Source: Moniliella sp. 'wahieum'
Taxonomy: Eukaryota
Assembly: GCA_003971905.1 (NCBI GenBank)
Contig: RSEE01000026.1
Span: forward strand, 186,001-250,000
DNA: 64,000 bases
Direction of reading: 5' to 3'
In this document: in pieces, positions 23,375-35,305 of the stretch
How the letters are laid out: each line of letters starts with the position of its first letter
How positions within the stretch are numbered: the stretch's first letter is position 1
Position numbers and translations under genes: made by a program
Notes under the pieces: model-generated
The model's database searches: none
Told to the model about the DNA's origin: nothing
The model's input: the letters and a program-made list of their open reading frames with translations, nothing else

Positions 23375-26300
23375 ATGGCACCTCCTCCTCCCAAACCGCC
23401 GGCGTCGGCGCCGCCGTCCCCGCTGACCAGCGGGCCCCATCCAGCTGGAGAACACAACCAAACGCGACTACCTGGTGGGCCTGCAGAAGAAGTACCAGGC
23501 CATGTGGGCTGCCGAGCGTGCTTTTGAGGTCAACTCGCCCATGCAGCAGACCCTGACGAAAACACGCCCCGTGCGCCTGGTGAGCCCTCGCTCTCTGCCG
23601 ACCAGATCGCCCATCTGAGCCCCGAGGAGATCCGCCAGCACTACCCAAGTGGCTTGGCACCTTCCCTTACCCGTACATGAACGGCTCTCTCCATATGGGC
23701 CACGCCTTTTCTCTTTCCAAGCTCGAGTTCGCTACTGGCTTCGAGCGCATGCTAGGAAAGAAGGCCCTCTTCCCCTTTGGTTTCCACGCCACGGGTATGC
23801 CGATTCGTGTAAGTACATCGCTTTTGTTCGAATCGTCGCGACGAGCCTGACTGACGCCTCTCGTCTGTCTAGGCTGCCACCGACAAGCTCATTCGCGAGG
23901 TTGAGATGTTTGGCGAGGACTTGTCTGGCTACAAGGAGGACGAGCCGGAGCCTGAAGCGGAAGCTGCGGTGGTGGACCCCAAGGACCCTTCGGCTCGCGA
24001 CCCGTCCAAGGCGACCAAGGGTAAGCTGAACGCCAAGTCGACGGGGCTCAAGTACCAGTTCCAGATCCTGGAGAGCATTGGGGTACCCCGCTCAGAGATT
24101 GCCAAATTCCGTGACACGAACTACTGGTTGGAATATTTCCCTCCCATTGCCCACGAAGACCTGGATGCGCTGGGTGCGCGCATCGACTGGCGTCGGTCCT
24201 TCATCACGACCGACTACAACCCGTATTATGACTCGTTTGTCCGCTGGCAGGTTAACAAGCTTCGCTCTATGGACAAGATCAAGTTTGGAACGCTACACTA
24301 TCTTTTCCCCCAAGGACAACCAGCCGTGCATGGACCACGACCGGTCTGAGGGCGAAGCGCTCAACCCGCAAGAGTACACGGGCCTCAAGATGGAGGTGGT
24401 GCAGTGGGCGGCCAAGGCGGCGCCGCAGGTGGACGCTCTCACTACTGCCAAGGGCCTCAAGGTTTATTTTGTTGCGGCGACGCTGCGTCCGGAAACTATG
24501 TACGGCCAGACCAACTGCTTCGTGGGTCCTAAGATTGATTATGGCCTGTTTGAGTGTCCTGGTGGAGAGGTGTTTGTGTGCACGGACCGTGCGGCGCGGA
24601 ACATGGCCTTCCAGGGCATCTTTGCCCAACGCGGTGAGATCAAGAAGCTGGCCACGATCAAGGGCGCGGACCTGGTGGGCTCGCTGATCAAGGCTCCCTT
24701 TGCCACCAAGTACCCTGAGATTCGTGTTCTGCCTATGGACACGGTCCTGGCCACCAAGGGTACGGGGGTGGTAACCTCGGTTCCTTCGGACTCGCCCGAT
24801 GACTACACCACCCTTCGTGACTTGCAGAAGAAGGCTGAGTTTTATGGGATCGATCCGGCGTGGGTCAAGGACCTGGAGCCTGTGCCTGTGCTCGAGACAC
24901 CCAACTATGGGAACTTGGTTGCTCCCACCCTCGTGCAAAAGCTCAAGATTCAGTCCCCTAAGGACACCAAGGCGCTTGCCGAGGCCAAGGAATTGCGTAC
25001 AAGGAGGGCTTCTACTCGGGTAAGCTCATTGTTGGTGAGTTTGCTGGGGAGGATGTCCAGACTGCCAAGCCAAAAGTCCGCGACGAGATGATCCGTGCTG
25101 GTCTGGCGTTTGCCTATGCTGAACCGGAAGGTCGGGTGGTGTCACGCTCGGGAGACGAATGCGTGGTGGCCTGATGGACCAATGGTACCTCGACTATGGC
25201 GAGGAAAGTTGGCAGGCCTTGGCGCTCAAGGAGGTGAGCAAGCTCAACACGTACACTGCCGACGTCAAGAACGCGTTTGAGGCTGTGATTGGCTGGCTGC
25301 ACCAGTGGGCCTGTGCACGTGGGTACGGGTTGGGTACCAAGCTTCCTTGGGACGACAACTTCATTGTGGAATCGCTGTCAGACTCGACCATCTACATGGC
25401 GTACTACACGGTCGCCCACCTGATTCAGGGCGGGGGCATCAAGGGTTCCAAGCCAGGTCTGCTTGGGATTACTGTGGAGCAAATGACGGACCCTGTATGG
25501 GAGTACATTTTCGGCACATCACCTACGCCGAGACGAAGCAAACGGCCGTGTCGCAGGAAAAGCTGGACATTCTTCGTCGCGAGTTCCGCTACTTTTACCC
25601 GATGGATCTGCGTACCAGTGGCAAGGACTGATTCCCAACCATCTGACTTTTGCATTTACAACCACACTGCTCTCTTTGGCGAAGAGCACTGGCCCCAGGC
25701 GATCCGGGCCAACGGCCACCTGTTGCTGAATGGTGAGAAGATGTCCAAATCCAAGGGCAACTCGCTCACCTTCGCGATGGCGTCGAGAAGTTTGGTGCGG
25801 ATGCGATGCGCGTCTCGCTGGCCGATGCCGGGGATGGCATTGAAGATGCCAACTTGGAGGAGAAAGGTGCCAACTCGAACATTCTTCGTATCTACACCCT
25901 GCTCGAGTGGGCGACCGAGATGGTCAAAGCCGCCAAAGCTGGGGAGCTGCGCACGGACCGAAAAACTCGTTTTGGGACGCCAGCTTTGAGAACGAGACCA
26001 ACCTGGCCATTGTCAAGACCAAGGCGGATTACGAGCAGACGCTGTACAAGGAGGCCACGCGGGATGGGTTTTACGAGTTGATCATGGCGCGCGACCTGTA
26101 CCGGACGCGACGCAGGACATTAAGATGCACGCTGACCTGGTCCGGTACTGGATCCAGACCATTGCGCTGCTCATGTGCCCATTGCCCCCATATGGCTGAG
26201 CACCTCTGGACCGGCATTCTGGAGCAGCCGCGCAGCATCCAGTTTGCGCTCTGGCCCGAGCCCAGCAAGCCCGTCGACCAGAGCGTCAGTGCGGCGACGG

Positions 26301-26882
26301 TTTGCTCGCGTGACCACCAAGCGGATCCGGGACCAGGAGATTGCCCTGCTGCAGACGGCCAAGTCGGGCAAGAAGGGTGGCAAGAAGAATGCCAACGTGG
26401 GCTGGATGCCGGATACGTACGTGGAAAAGGAACCGAAGGAACTGCGCATCTTTGTTGCCAAGGCGTTCCCCCAATGGCAGCGCAAGGTGGTGCGTTGGTG
26501 GACCAGTGGACCGATGCTGAGGGCGTGACGGACGATGTGGCGCTGCGCAAGGAGCTTGCGGCGGCGGGCTTGCTGAAGGATAAAAAGGTGATGCCGTTTG
26601 TGGTGAGCCTCAAGGAGCGTCTCAAGACGTTTGACCGCAACACTGCCTTTACCCGCACCCTGCCCTTTGATGAGGTGGCGACGCTGGAGAGCATCCGTGG
26701 CTATCTCGCTCGCACCATGCAATTTGCCCAGGTCATCGTCGAGTCGGCTGATGACCTGATTGCCGCGTTGCCCCCCGCCCAAGGACGCCAGCGCCTTCCC
26801 CGACCGCAAGACCCTCGAGCTGGCCGAGCCAGGACGGCCTTCGTTTGTCTTCTACAACCAGGGCAAGGCGCCATCAGCCTAA
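23375..26882 (+). CDS. CDC60: Cytosolic leucyl-tRNA synthetase
   Basis: [14 protein letters not shown] (HIGH motif), CP1 editing domain [13 protein letters not shown] and [42 protein letters not shown] (KMSKS). One intron at about 23808-23872 and several indels. Confidence 0.97.
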
Positions 26883-27070
26883 GCACCAACGAACTACGTT
26901 GTCCATTCCATCCTTCTTGTCATGTTCGGCTGGATGAGGTGCGCACATGGTATAATCAGTAGATCCTCCTCCTCTGCTCTGACCGTGCTCAGTGCCAGTA
27001 TAGATAGCGATCTTGACGAGTCGGAGGACACGTCCAAACTCAAGCACAAAACGTGCTTTTTTGGAGAGCA

Positions 27071-27140
27071 ATAGCAGTAGCAGTAGCGGGAGCGGTAGCG
27101 ACAGCGGTAGTAGTAGTAGTCGCAGTGGTAGCAGTAGATA
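27071..27140. repeat. (TAG/CAG)-type trinucleotide low-complexity tract between the convergent LeuRS and transcription-factor genes
   Basis: TAGCAGTAGCAGTAGCGG..TAGTAGTAGTAG is directly visible. Confidence 0.7.
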
Positions 27141-27176
27141 GCGCTGGCAGGGAACCGAGTCATAGCAAAGCCTAGC

Positions 27177-30100
27177 CTAGGCCGAGACCAACTGCTGTCC
27201 TCGGGCTTGTGGGTCGGTGGGGCCGAGCCCGGGGCGCTGTTGGAGCTGGCAAGGCCGAAGGCGAAGTGGTAGGTAACGCCAGCGAAAGGCCCGAGAGACA
27301 AGCTGGCATACCTGTTGGCGATCCGCCAGGGCCCGGGCCGAGCCCATCGACGCTCGGCACCGGTGCGCCGGTGCGACGGGAACGGGCGCGGAAAAGTCAA
27401 AGCCGAGCATGTTGGACCACCACGCGACACTTTCCGACGTTGGCTGCGACGAGTCCGGGCGGAGAGGTCGTTGGCGTTGAGTGCGCCGAGGCGAGTGAGC
27501 CGCTCCAACGGCTCGTACGCACTGCCGGCCTGGGGGGTAGAGAAGTAAGTGCGTGGGGCCAGAACGGTGCTTGGCCACAGTACCCTTCCAACAGGGGACC
27601 CAGTTGCTGCCCAGCGCCGCTGCCGTCGCAGCAGCAATGTCCCCGCCCAAGGCAAAGTCCGGCACAGGCATCCCAACCGACGGCACAGGTACCGTATTCA
27701 GCGGCATGAGTGGCAACCCCAAGTCCAACACCCCAGACGGCGCGAATCTGTCCGAACCGGTGCAGGCGCAGGGACCAATCCTACTTCCGGCACAGGCTCA
27801 GGTCCAGGCACAGGCACAGGCAGGCACAGGCACAGATACCGGCGCCGTACTTTCCTCTGACGCGCCGGCCATGGTGCCACCGGCGAAGGCGAACGAGCAG
27901 CAAGGCCGCGCTGTGCCGATTCGACCTGTGTGGCGGTCAAGCTGGCCAAGACGCGGAGTGCATGTCGCATCTTGGGCAACTCCTTCCACCGCGTCGGCGC
28001 CTTGTCCACGGCGCTACACAGGTCGTTGATGGAGATGAGGTTGTGCTGGGCGACCGGGTCCGGTTGGCCAGAGAAGCGTGATGAACGCGGCGGTCACGCC
28101 GGCATGGAAACACAGGTAGAGCGTGCGCCACATGGAAAACGAACGCAAGTGGCCCAAGTGGGCGTTCATCAGGTGCAGCGCCGAACGCATGACGGCAATG
28201 CTCAGTGTGCATACAGCCTTGGGGCTGCGCAGCCACGCCTCCCTCTCGTCCAACTTCTCGTCCGCTGGCGCCGCAGCCAAAGTCGAGGAGGATGCACGTC
28301 GTTTCCCCTTGTCTTGCCGTCCCAGTGGGCTGGCGCGCTCGTTGTTCAGCCAAGGAGCGTTCCCGCGCCAGGTGGCCGCGGTGGGTAAACATCAGCACGG
28401 CAAATACATCCATCGCCAAGTCACACGCTTGTTGGATGTCTTTCAAGCCACGGTACGCCGATGAGTTGGACCATTCCCGTCCTCCGGCAGCAGCTACCTC
28501 CTTGACCAGCCAAGCGGGTGGGTGAAAGGTGGCGTCGTGCAGTTGGGACGTGTCGGTAATGTCGAGGCGGAGGGCCGGCGGGAGGGTGAGGTACCACGAC
28601 AGACCGTCCTTGGTCCATTGCGCCAACTGTGCCACGTCCCAGTCGATCGCTTGGCTTGGATCAAGCAGTCGTTGGCGCATGAGCATCGCAAGGCCACATT
28701 GGGCCTCGTGGTACGTCGTTGGTGGCCCCTCGGACGACGGCGGCATCAAGGAGACAGCCGCGGCCGCCGAGGAGGGCCCCTGCTGGATAGTTGGGGGAGT
28801 GGAAGTGCCCCCGGGAGGGGTGGTCATCGGTGGTGAACCAAGCAATGGCCAGTGGACGGCCATAAATCGCCGACAGTTGGGCGTCCTGCAGTACGATGGC
28901 CCACCACAGCGTGCGACGGTTGACTGCGTCGAGTTGGGTCGGTTGCGGGCGGAGGCGAACAGGGTCAATGTAAGCCAATGGCCTGAGCTTGCCGTGTGAT
29001 GGAGCCGAGCAAAGGCCAGAAGAAGCTGTGCGGTCCGTGTTACGTAGATAGAGTCCCACCAACAACTGGGCATGGATCGTCTGCAACGTAGGAGCGGAGA
29101 GGAAGGAGCAGAGACGCAGAGCTTGATAGGTGGCGCTGAGGAAGCGGTCGGTGACAAAGTAGGGAGAACGAGTGCGCACGGCCTCCAATCCACTCGCGTT
29201 GGCATTCATATCGGGGCCCAAAGTACCACGGGCAGTTTGGTTGCCCGAACTGGGGCCCATCGGTTGAGGCGGACGGGTCAGCGTCGGGACCGACGGCGGT
29301 AGCGTCGCCACTAATCTCCCTGCTGCTAGGTTGAGAGGCCCGCTGGTTCGGCGGCCAGTAGCCCTGAAAAGCACCAATTTTGGGTGATTCCAAGTTCCCG
29401 TTGCGGCCCAGGGCAAATACCATAAGGTAGAGCGCCATGTCAGGCAAGGCCACCTTGCGCTTCTCCTCGAGGGCAAGTCGATAAAGGTCTGAACCCCACG
29501 CAAGAGCGAGGGCCTGCCAAGCCGGGCCACTTGGGCGCAAAGAATTGCGAAAACGAGTTGAGGTCATCGGCAACTCCTCCGTCTGTTCCCACAGAGAGCT
29601 GACCTCGTGGCGGAACACCTCCGGGTCTGACGACCAGATCGTCGAGAAAGGGTAGGAATCGTTCTCGTTAAACAGGAATCCGTCCATGGCGTCACGCAAG
29701 TTGCGACGCAGCTGCGATCGCCCCGACATGGTGTTGTTTTCCGGCTGACTGCAGCTCACCAGTCCCAGTGCCGATTGCGATGCCATTGACGGAGCCGCCT
29801 CCAACCGTACCTGCCACACTAACGCCGGCATCGCTTTCCGAGTGAGACGAGCGCGTGTCCGCCGTGGCATCGAACCGGAAGGAAGGCATTGTACCAGAAG
29901 CGGAGCGCCGCGCGTGATCGTGCTGGGCCAGCCCGGGTGCGTATCGGGCACTCCTGCATCCATGCCCACACGGTCACCTGCTCGGGCCTGCGCGACAGCC
30001 CGACGCTCGCGGTCCACAGCCTTGTCCGCCACGTCGTTCATGCTGATGGAGGATACATAATACATACCGGCGCCATTGACATTGGTCACATTGTGGGCGG

Positions 30101-31315
30101 TAGCGTGGCAGGAGTGGTACGACCACGGTCCCCGCGGTGATAGGGCGGCCCATGTGGCGGATGGAATGGCCACGGGGGCTGGTCGTCGTACTCAGCGGCG
30201 CAGCAGAGCGGGAACGGTCGTCATCATACGCCAAGTGGGGCCGAGGAGCGAGCGGCGAATGGGGCGAGCCGCGTCCTGCCCCAACGTCGAAAGCGCCTCG
30301 ACAGCAATGCGAGACTGTCTTTGCTGTCGGCAGAGCCCAAGGCGTAGGCGGGGGGCGGGGCATAGTGGCCTCTGTCCATGGGTGGCATGCCGCGGGAGCG
30401 CCAGCTCTCCCTGGACGGGGGGGGGGGTGAAAGCGTCAGTGTACCTGCCCCAAGCCTGCGCCCAAGGGTGCGGCGGAGGGAAAGGAGGATTGGATACGTA
30501 CGTAGTTGCTCGGTCGTCGAGCCGGGGCCGTTTTTGGCGGTGCAAGTCGGGTGGCGACGGGTACTGTCGTTGTGGGGTGGGCCCAGCATCCGACACAAAG
30601 GGGGGGCGGGGAACAGGGGCGCCCCAGGGTGCGCGTGGAGGCCAGTCCCGGTTCCCTTCCACGCCCGGCAGGAGTTGGCCGTGGGCGAGGCGGCGCGGCG
30701 GTGGCGACGCGAGTGGGTGTGGCTGACGGCCGCTCCAGGATGCGAACGGTGGTGGCCGCGCGATCCTGTGGCTGCGACCGAGGGCAGAGGCGGTGTCGGC
30801 GTGGGAGCCGACCCAAACACGGGCACCGGGGCGGCCGTGGCCGCCACCAGCGGCGGAAGCGGCAGCAAAGTGGCGGCATGGGACGAGTGTTGGACGGCGG
30901 GGTGCAGGAGCGCAGGCCCTCGGGGGTGGGGATGGGGATGGGGATCGGCACGGGCGCTGCGGGGGGTTAGCGGGGGCGGCGGCAGTGGAGGGGGGCGCGG
31001 CGCGGCGGCGGGAGGCGGGGCGGGTGCCGAGGCGGGGGTCGTACTCGCACACGAGGTTGGGGTGGGCGCGCAGCGCGAGCACTGGGGCTGGACGCGGTCG
31101 CACTTGCGCTTGGCGGAGAGGCAGGGCAGACACGACTTGGGGATGCGGACGCGGCGGCGACGGGGCGGCGTGGGACGTGCTGGCCGTCGTCGTCGGTGAG
31201 GGCTCTGGTCGGGGTCGTGTTGGTCGTGTTGGTCGTGTTCGTCGTCGTGTGGGAGAAGGTGTCGGGGTGGGGTGTTCGGTGGCGGGGGCGGGGGCGCTGT
31301 GCCCGCAGCAGGCAT
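27177..31315 (-). CDS. Zn(II)2Cys6 transcription factor with a fungal-specific TF (middle homology) domain
   Basis: RVRIPKSCLPCLSAKRKCDRVQPQCSRC..CEY. Middle region YFVTDRFLSATYQALRLCSFLSAPTLQTIHAQLLVGLYL and RRTLWWAIVLQDAQLSAIYGRPLAI. Heavily frameshifted, ends approximate. Confidence 0.85.
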
Positions 31316-32358
31316 GGTGGGCGGCGGGGGGCGGGGGGAGGCGGTGGGGGGGGGGGAGGAGGCGCCATGCGGCGTTTGGCGTTCGGCGTTTGGCGTTCGG
31401 CGTTCGGCTGGCTTAGCGCAGAGGCAGGAGGGGTGGCCGTTAGATCTTAGAGGCGGCAAAAGGGGCTCGGCCGGTGCTGCCGTGGGCTGAGCACTGCTGG
31501 CGCGTCTCAGAACGCAGAGACGCCACGAGCGGCTCTGGAAGCAGCCTGGCTGAGATCGAGGCGTCTCATCCGTCATCCGTCAGCCTCATCCCTCTCGTCC
31601 CAGAAGCCCCGCCTGGCTCCATCCATGATGAATGATGAATCATTGTGCTTCCGGCCCGGCCTCCTCTTGCACGGCCAGTCTCGCCCGCCTCGCTGGCCCT
31701 GGCTGGCCCGGCGGCAGCACCCACCCGCCGGCTAAAACCCCTCCCTTCGCCCGGCGGTTTGCTGGCCCCGTGCTACCCCGGGAGCCCAGCGCCCCTGGGC
31801 CCGGAGGCGCACCCCGCCAGTGTCCCTCGGCTCGTTGCCCAGCACCCCACTGCGCCCCCCGCTGCCCCTCTTTCTCCGCCTCCCCTGCACGGCGCCACAC
31901 GCCGACATGCCCTGGACCCCTGCGCTTGGGCGGTGTTGTCGGCTGATTTTACGTCACATCTCACATCTCACATCTCGCATCTCACGCCTATCACATCTCA
32001 CACGTGACGATACATCAAGATTCAATTGCATCCGTATTCCAGGCTGGAGCTCGGCTCTGCTCGCCTCTGTTCGGCTCTGCTCGGGCTGGATCTTATTCGC
32101 CACAGGATGCATGACGCGGCGTGGGGATGCATGACGGGGACGCTCGTGCGTGTCGTGCATCGCCTCTGAGACTGCCCGGAACATTCGTGCAGTTGGCAAT
32201 GTTTCAAGTTGGGTGCTGAGATGGTGATGATCAGTCAATGCGGCGCGGCCTGACTGGGCTGGGCAGGGCAGCGTAACCCCCGTCGCAAGACCCAATCTCC
32301 TGCCTACCTCCATCTGCTTGACGACGGGAGTGCGAATCCACATCCATCCATTCCAAGT

Positions 32359-34590
32359 TCACTCCAGCTCGTTCCACTGGGGTCGTGCACACGACGCTCG
32401 TACGCTCCCTCGTCGTCCGCCACCCCCAGCGCCTCGCCGTCTGACCCGCCCGCCTCACTCAGCGCCGGGCCAACCGACGCGCGCCGCGCCTTGGAACTCT
32501 TCCGCGGCTTGTGCCGCACCGAGCGCAGAACATGCTCCGGTGGCAGTTCCCCATCGTTGTCTCCCTCGCCTGCTGACAGCGCAGCATCAAACTCGTCGCC
32601 CTCGACATAATCCATCGCTGCTGCCAAACCATCCGGATCGTCGATCAACCCATCTCTCTCGGATCCAGCCACGCCCGAAATTGATGCTCGGCGCTTGCCT
32701 TTCTTCTTGTCCTCTGCCCCAGGGAACAATCTCCCAGTGCAGCATAGTTGATCTTTTGGCTGAACCGCCGGTTCTGCACCATCTTCGTTGCCGCATCGGC
32801 AGCCGATGAGCCCATCGCGTTCGCAGCATCCCGCACCACCCGGCCCCGCCTCCGACGCATAGCTTCGAGGGGGGTAGGCCGCGCTTGAGATCCTCTTCTT
32901 CCTTGATGGCCTTGACCAACGCTTGTTGCAGGTATTCCTTGTTGAACTCCGTCCAAACCCGTTCCTTGATAGCTTGCTCCTCCTCGTCCAACAGGTAGCC
33001 ATCCAACTCCTCCTCGTCCAGACCAGCAAAGGGATCGCCTTGATCTTCTTTTGGTGTCTTGCTCTTCCTGGACTTGCGCCGGCGCTTGCGCTGCCGCCCC
33101 TCCTCCCCATCCTGCGTCTGGGTGGGCACCAGCGTCGCTTGTGACTGACCCACTTGGGTAGAGGGGTCAACCGCCGTCGCCTGGGACAAGTGCTTGTGTG
33201 CAACATCCTCTGCTCGTTCGGCGGCCGTCATGCGTGCCCTTCGTTCCCGTTCGTTTTGCGCCTCGATCGCGAGATCCAAATCGGTACGAAGCAAATTCGA
33301 GTCGAGGAATTGCTGTACTTCGCCGGCGATCGCCCCATCAAACTGTTCCTCCAACTTTTCGTTTCCTTCTTGAAGGGGGGCCAGTACGGACTGGGTGGCT
33401 TCCTGATCCTGTTCTTGTTCTCGTTCTTGTTCCCCTCCTCCTCCTCGTCCTCCTCCTCCTCACCTGAGGAGGACGCGTTTTCTTCATCCAGGATGCCAAG
33501 CTCTTCCTTTTTCTGCTGAAGTAGTGCTTCTTTCTTGCGGTTCCGTATTGTTGAAGGCGGTAGCACGTCATCCTCCGCTGGCGCGTCCCATAGTTCCCGA
33601 ACTCAGCAATCGACATGGACCCAGCTTTGGTGTCCCGAAACTCGTCGAGACGACGCTTCAGTGTTGTATCCGCCACCTTGACCACCTGCACAATCTCGGC
33701 GACCGAGCGACGAAATTGTTCATCCGTGCCGCGATGAGTAAGCATGCGCCCGTGATGCCCGAGGGCCGGCGGCCCTGGACCAGCCAGTCGTTCTTAAACC
33801 GGGTGCAGAGCCGTGTGGCATCCAGAATGACCTTGTCCTCTTCGTCGCCAAAGTCGAGCATCTTGGCAAAGCGGCGAATGTAGAGCGATGGATCAGCCAA
33901 GGAGAGATCACGTTGCTCTGGGTCAAAGCGAAGGAGCGACGTGAGCGCAGGTACGCACGACCAAAGACAAACACGTTTACCTGGGCAAGAAAAAGGCACA
34001 AGAAAGAAAGAAAAAGAGTCAATACCCGGCTCGTGGAACCGAACCGAGGCTGAAGAGGAAAGGAAGCGGCTTGCGTACCTTGACGGCGTCGGCCACCTCG
34101 ATGAGCATGATGGGCACTTTGGCGCGGCGGAGGCAAGATAGACGCAAGCGCCATAGCTGTATTCCGACTTGCGTCCGGGGATCACGCTGCCGCGCTTCGG
34201 TGTCCACCTCATTGGTGACGGGATGGAGAAAGGGAGTGGCGCCCTGGCCAATATTGAGGGCCAATTGAAAAATGCGCGAGGCCATTTGGTGCAGCTGCAC
34301 CGACTCGACACCCAAGCGGCGGCACAAGCCGCGAATTTCCGTGTCGGCACGCATCATGGTCACTGCACGGCCATCGCCGTCGCCGTACTTGCGTCCGCCG
34401 GGACCGACCATGGAGTGGCGGCCCGACGCACTGACCTGCGTCCCCTGGACCGTCGCTGCTCCCGCGGACGTTTCGCCAAACGTGACGTCGTTCACAATCT
34501 CCGACTCGCCAAGGACGTGGCCGCACGTGTGCAGACCAGGGTGCCGTCCATGCGGTCCACATCGCTCGAGCCGCATTGGGGACACTTCAT
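32359..34590 (-). CDS. BRF1: RNA polymerase III transcription factor IIIB subunit Brf1 (TFIIB-related)
   Basis: Zinc ribbon MKCPQCG..LVC..CGHVLGESEIVNDVTFGETSAGAA. Cyclin folds DPSLYIRRFAKMLDFG..DWLVQGRRPSGITGACLLIAARMNNF, RRSVAEIVQVVKVADTTLKRRLDEF. C-terminal LDEEELDGYLL..KERVW..NKEYL and FSQKINY. Confidence 0.95.
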
Positions 34591-35305
34591 GTCGGGAAGG
34601 GGTAGCGGAGGCGGGAAGCTGGACGGGTTGCGGCGGCTGACTCGACGCGGTTGGAGTTGGACGCGGCGAGGGGCCACGAGGCATGCCAGCGAGGAAAATT
34701 GGGTTGATAAGGGCGGAATAGCGGCGTGGCCGCAGCAAAGGTGCGCCTCTGGCGCAGTTCTGCATCGCGCGCCGTTCCGCCCCGTTGGGGTGCGCGGCGG
34801 GGGCGGCGGCGCAGCGTGTGTTCGAGCCGCGCTAGCACCAGACCCAAAACAAGCATGGGCGAGACGCAAGGGGCTGTGCTGGATTAGGTAAGCGCGCCCC
34901 CTGCAGAGTAGAGTCTACGGTGGTAATCGAGGGGCGTGGCGCAGTGCACGGGTGTGGAGAGAGTGACGCGTGACGCGTGAAGCGTGCAGCGAAGGAGGGC
35001 GGCGTGGCGCAGCACAGCGCGGCAGCCGTGCTGCTGGGCCGCTGCGGGCCCCCCATCGGCCGCCGCCAGCCGCTGCCCGACGCGCCGCAAGGCGCACACG
35101 CAACACGACCTCGCTTGTGCCAACCAGCCGTCTTGGTGCGCCGGAGCCCCGCCCGTGCTTGCTCCCCTGCTCCGCTCCACGAGCATCGCCTGTGCCGCGC
35201 GATGGCCGCCGCAGCTGCTGCGCTTGCCCCCTGCTCCCCCGCCCTGTCCCGCTCCCCGCCTCCCGCGCGGCCAGCCGAGCTGCCTGCGCCGATGAGTGGT
35301 GCGCA

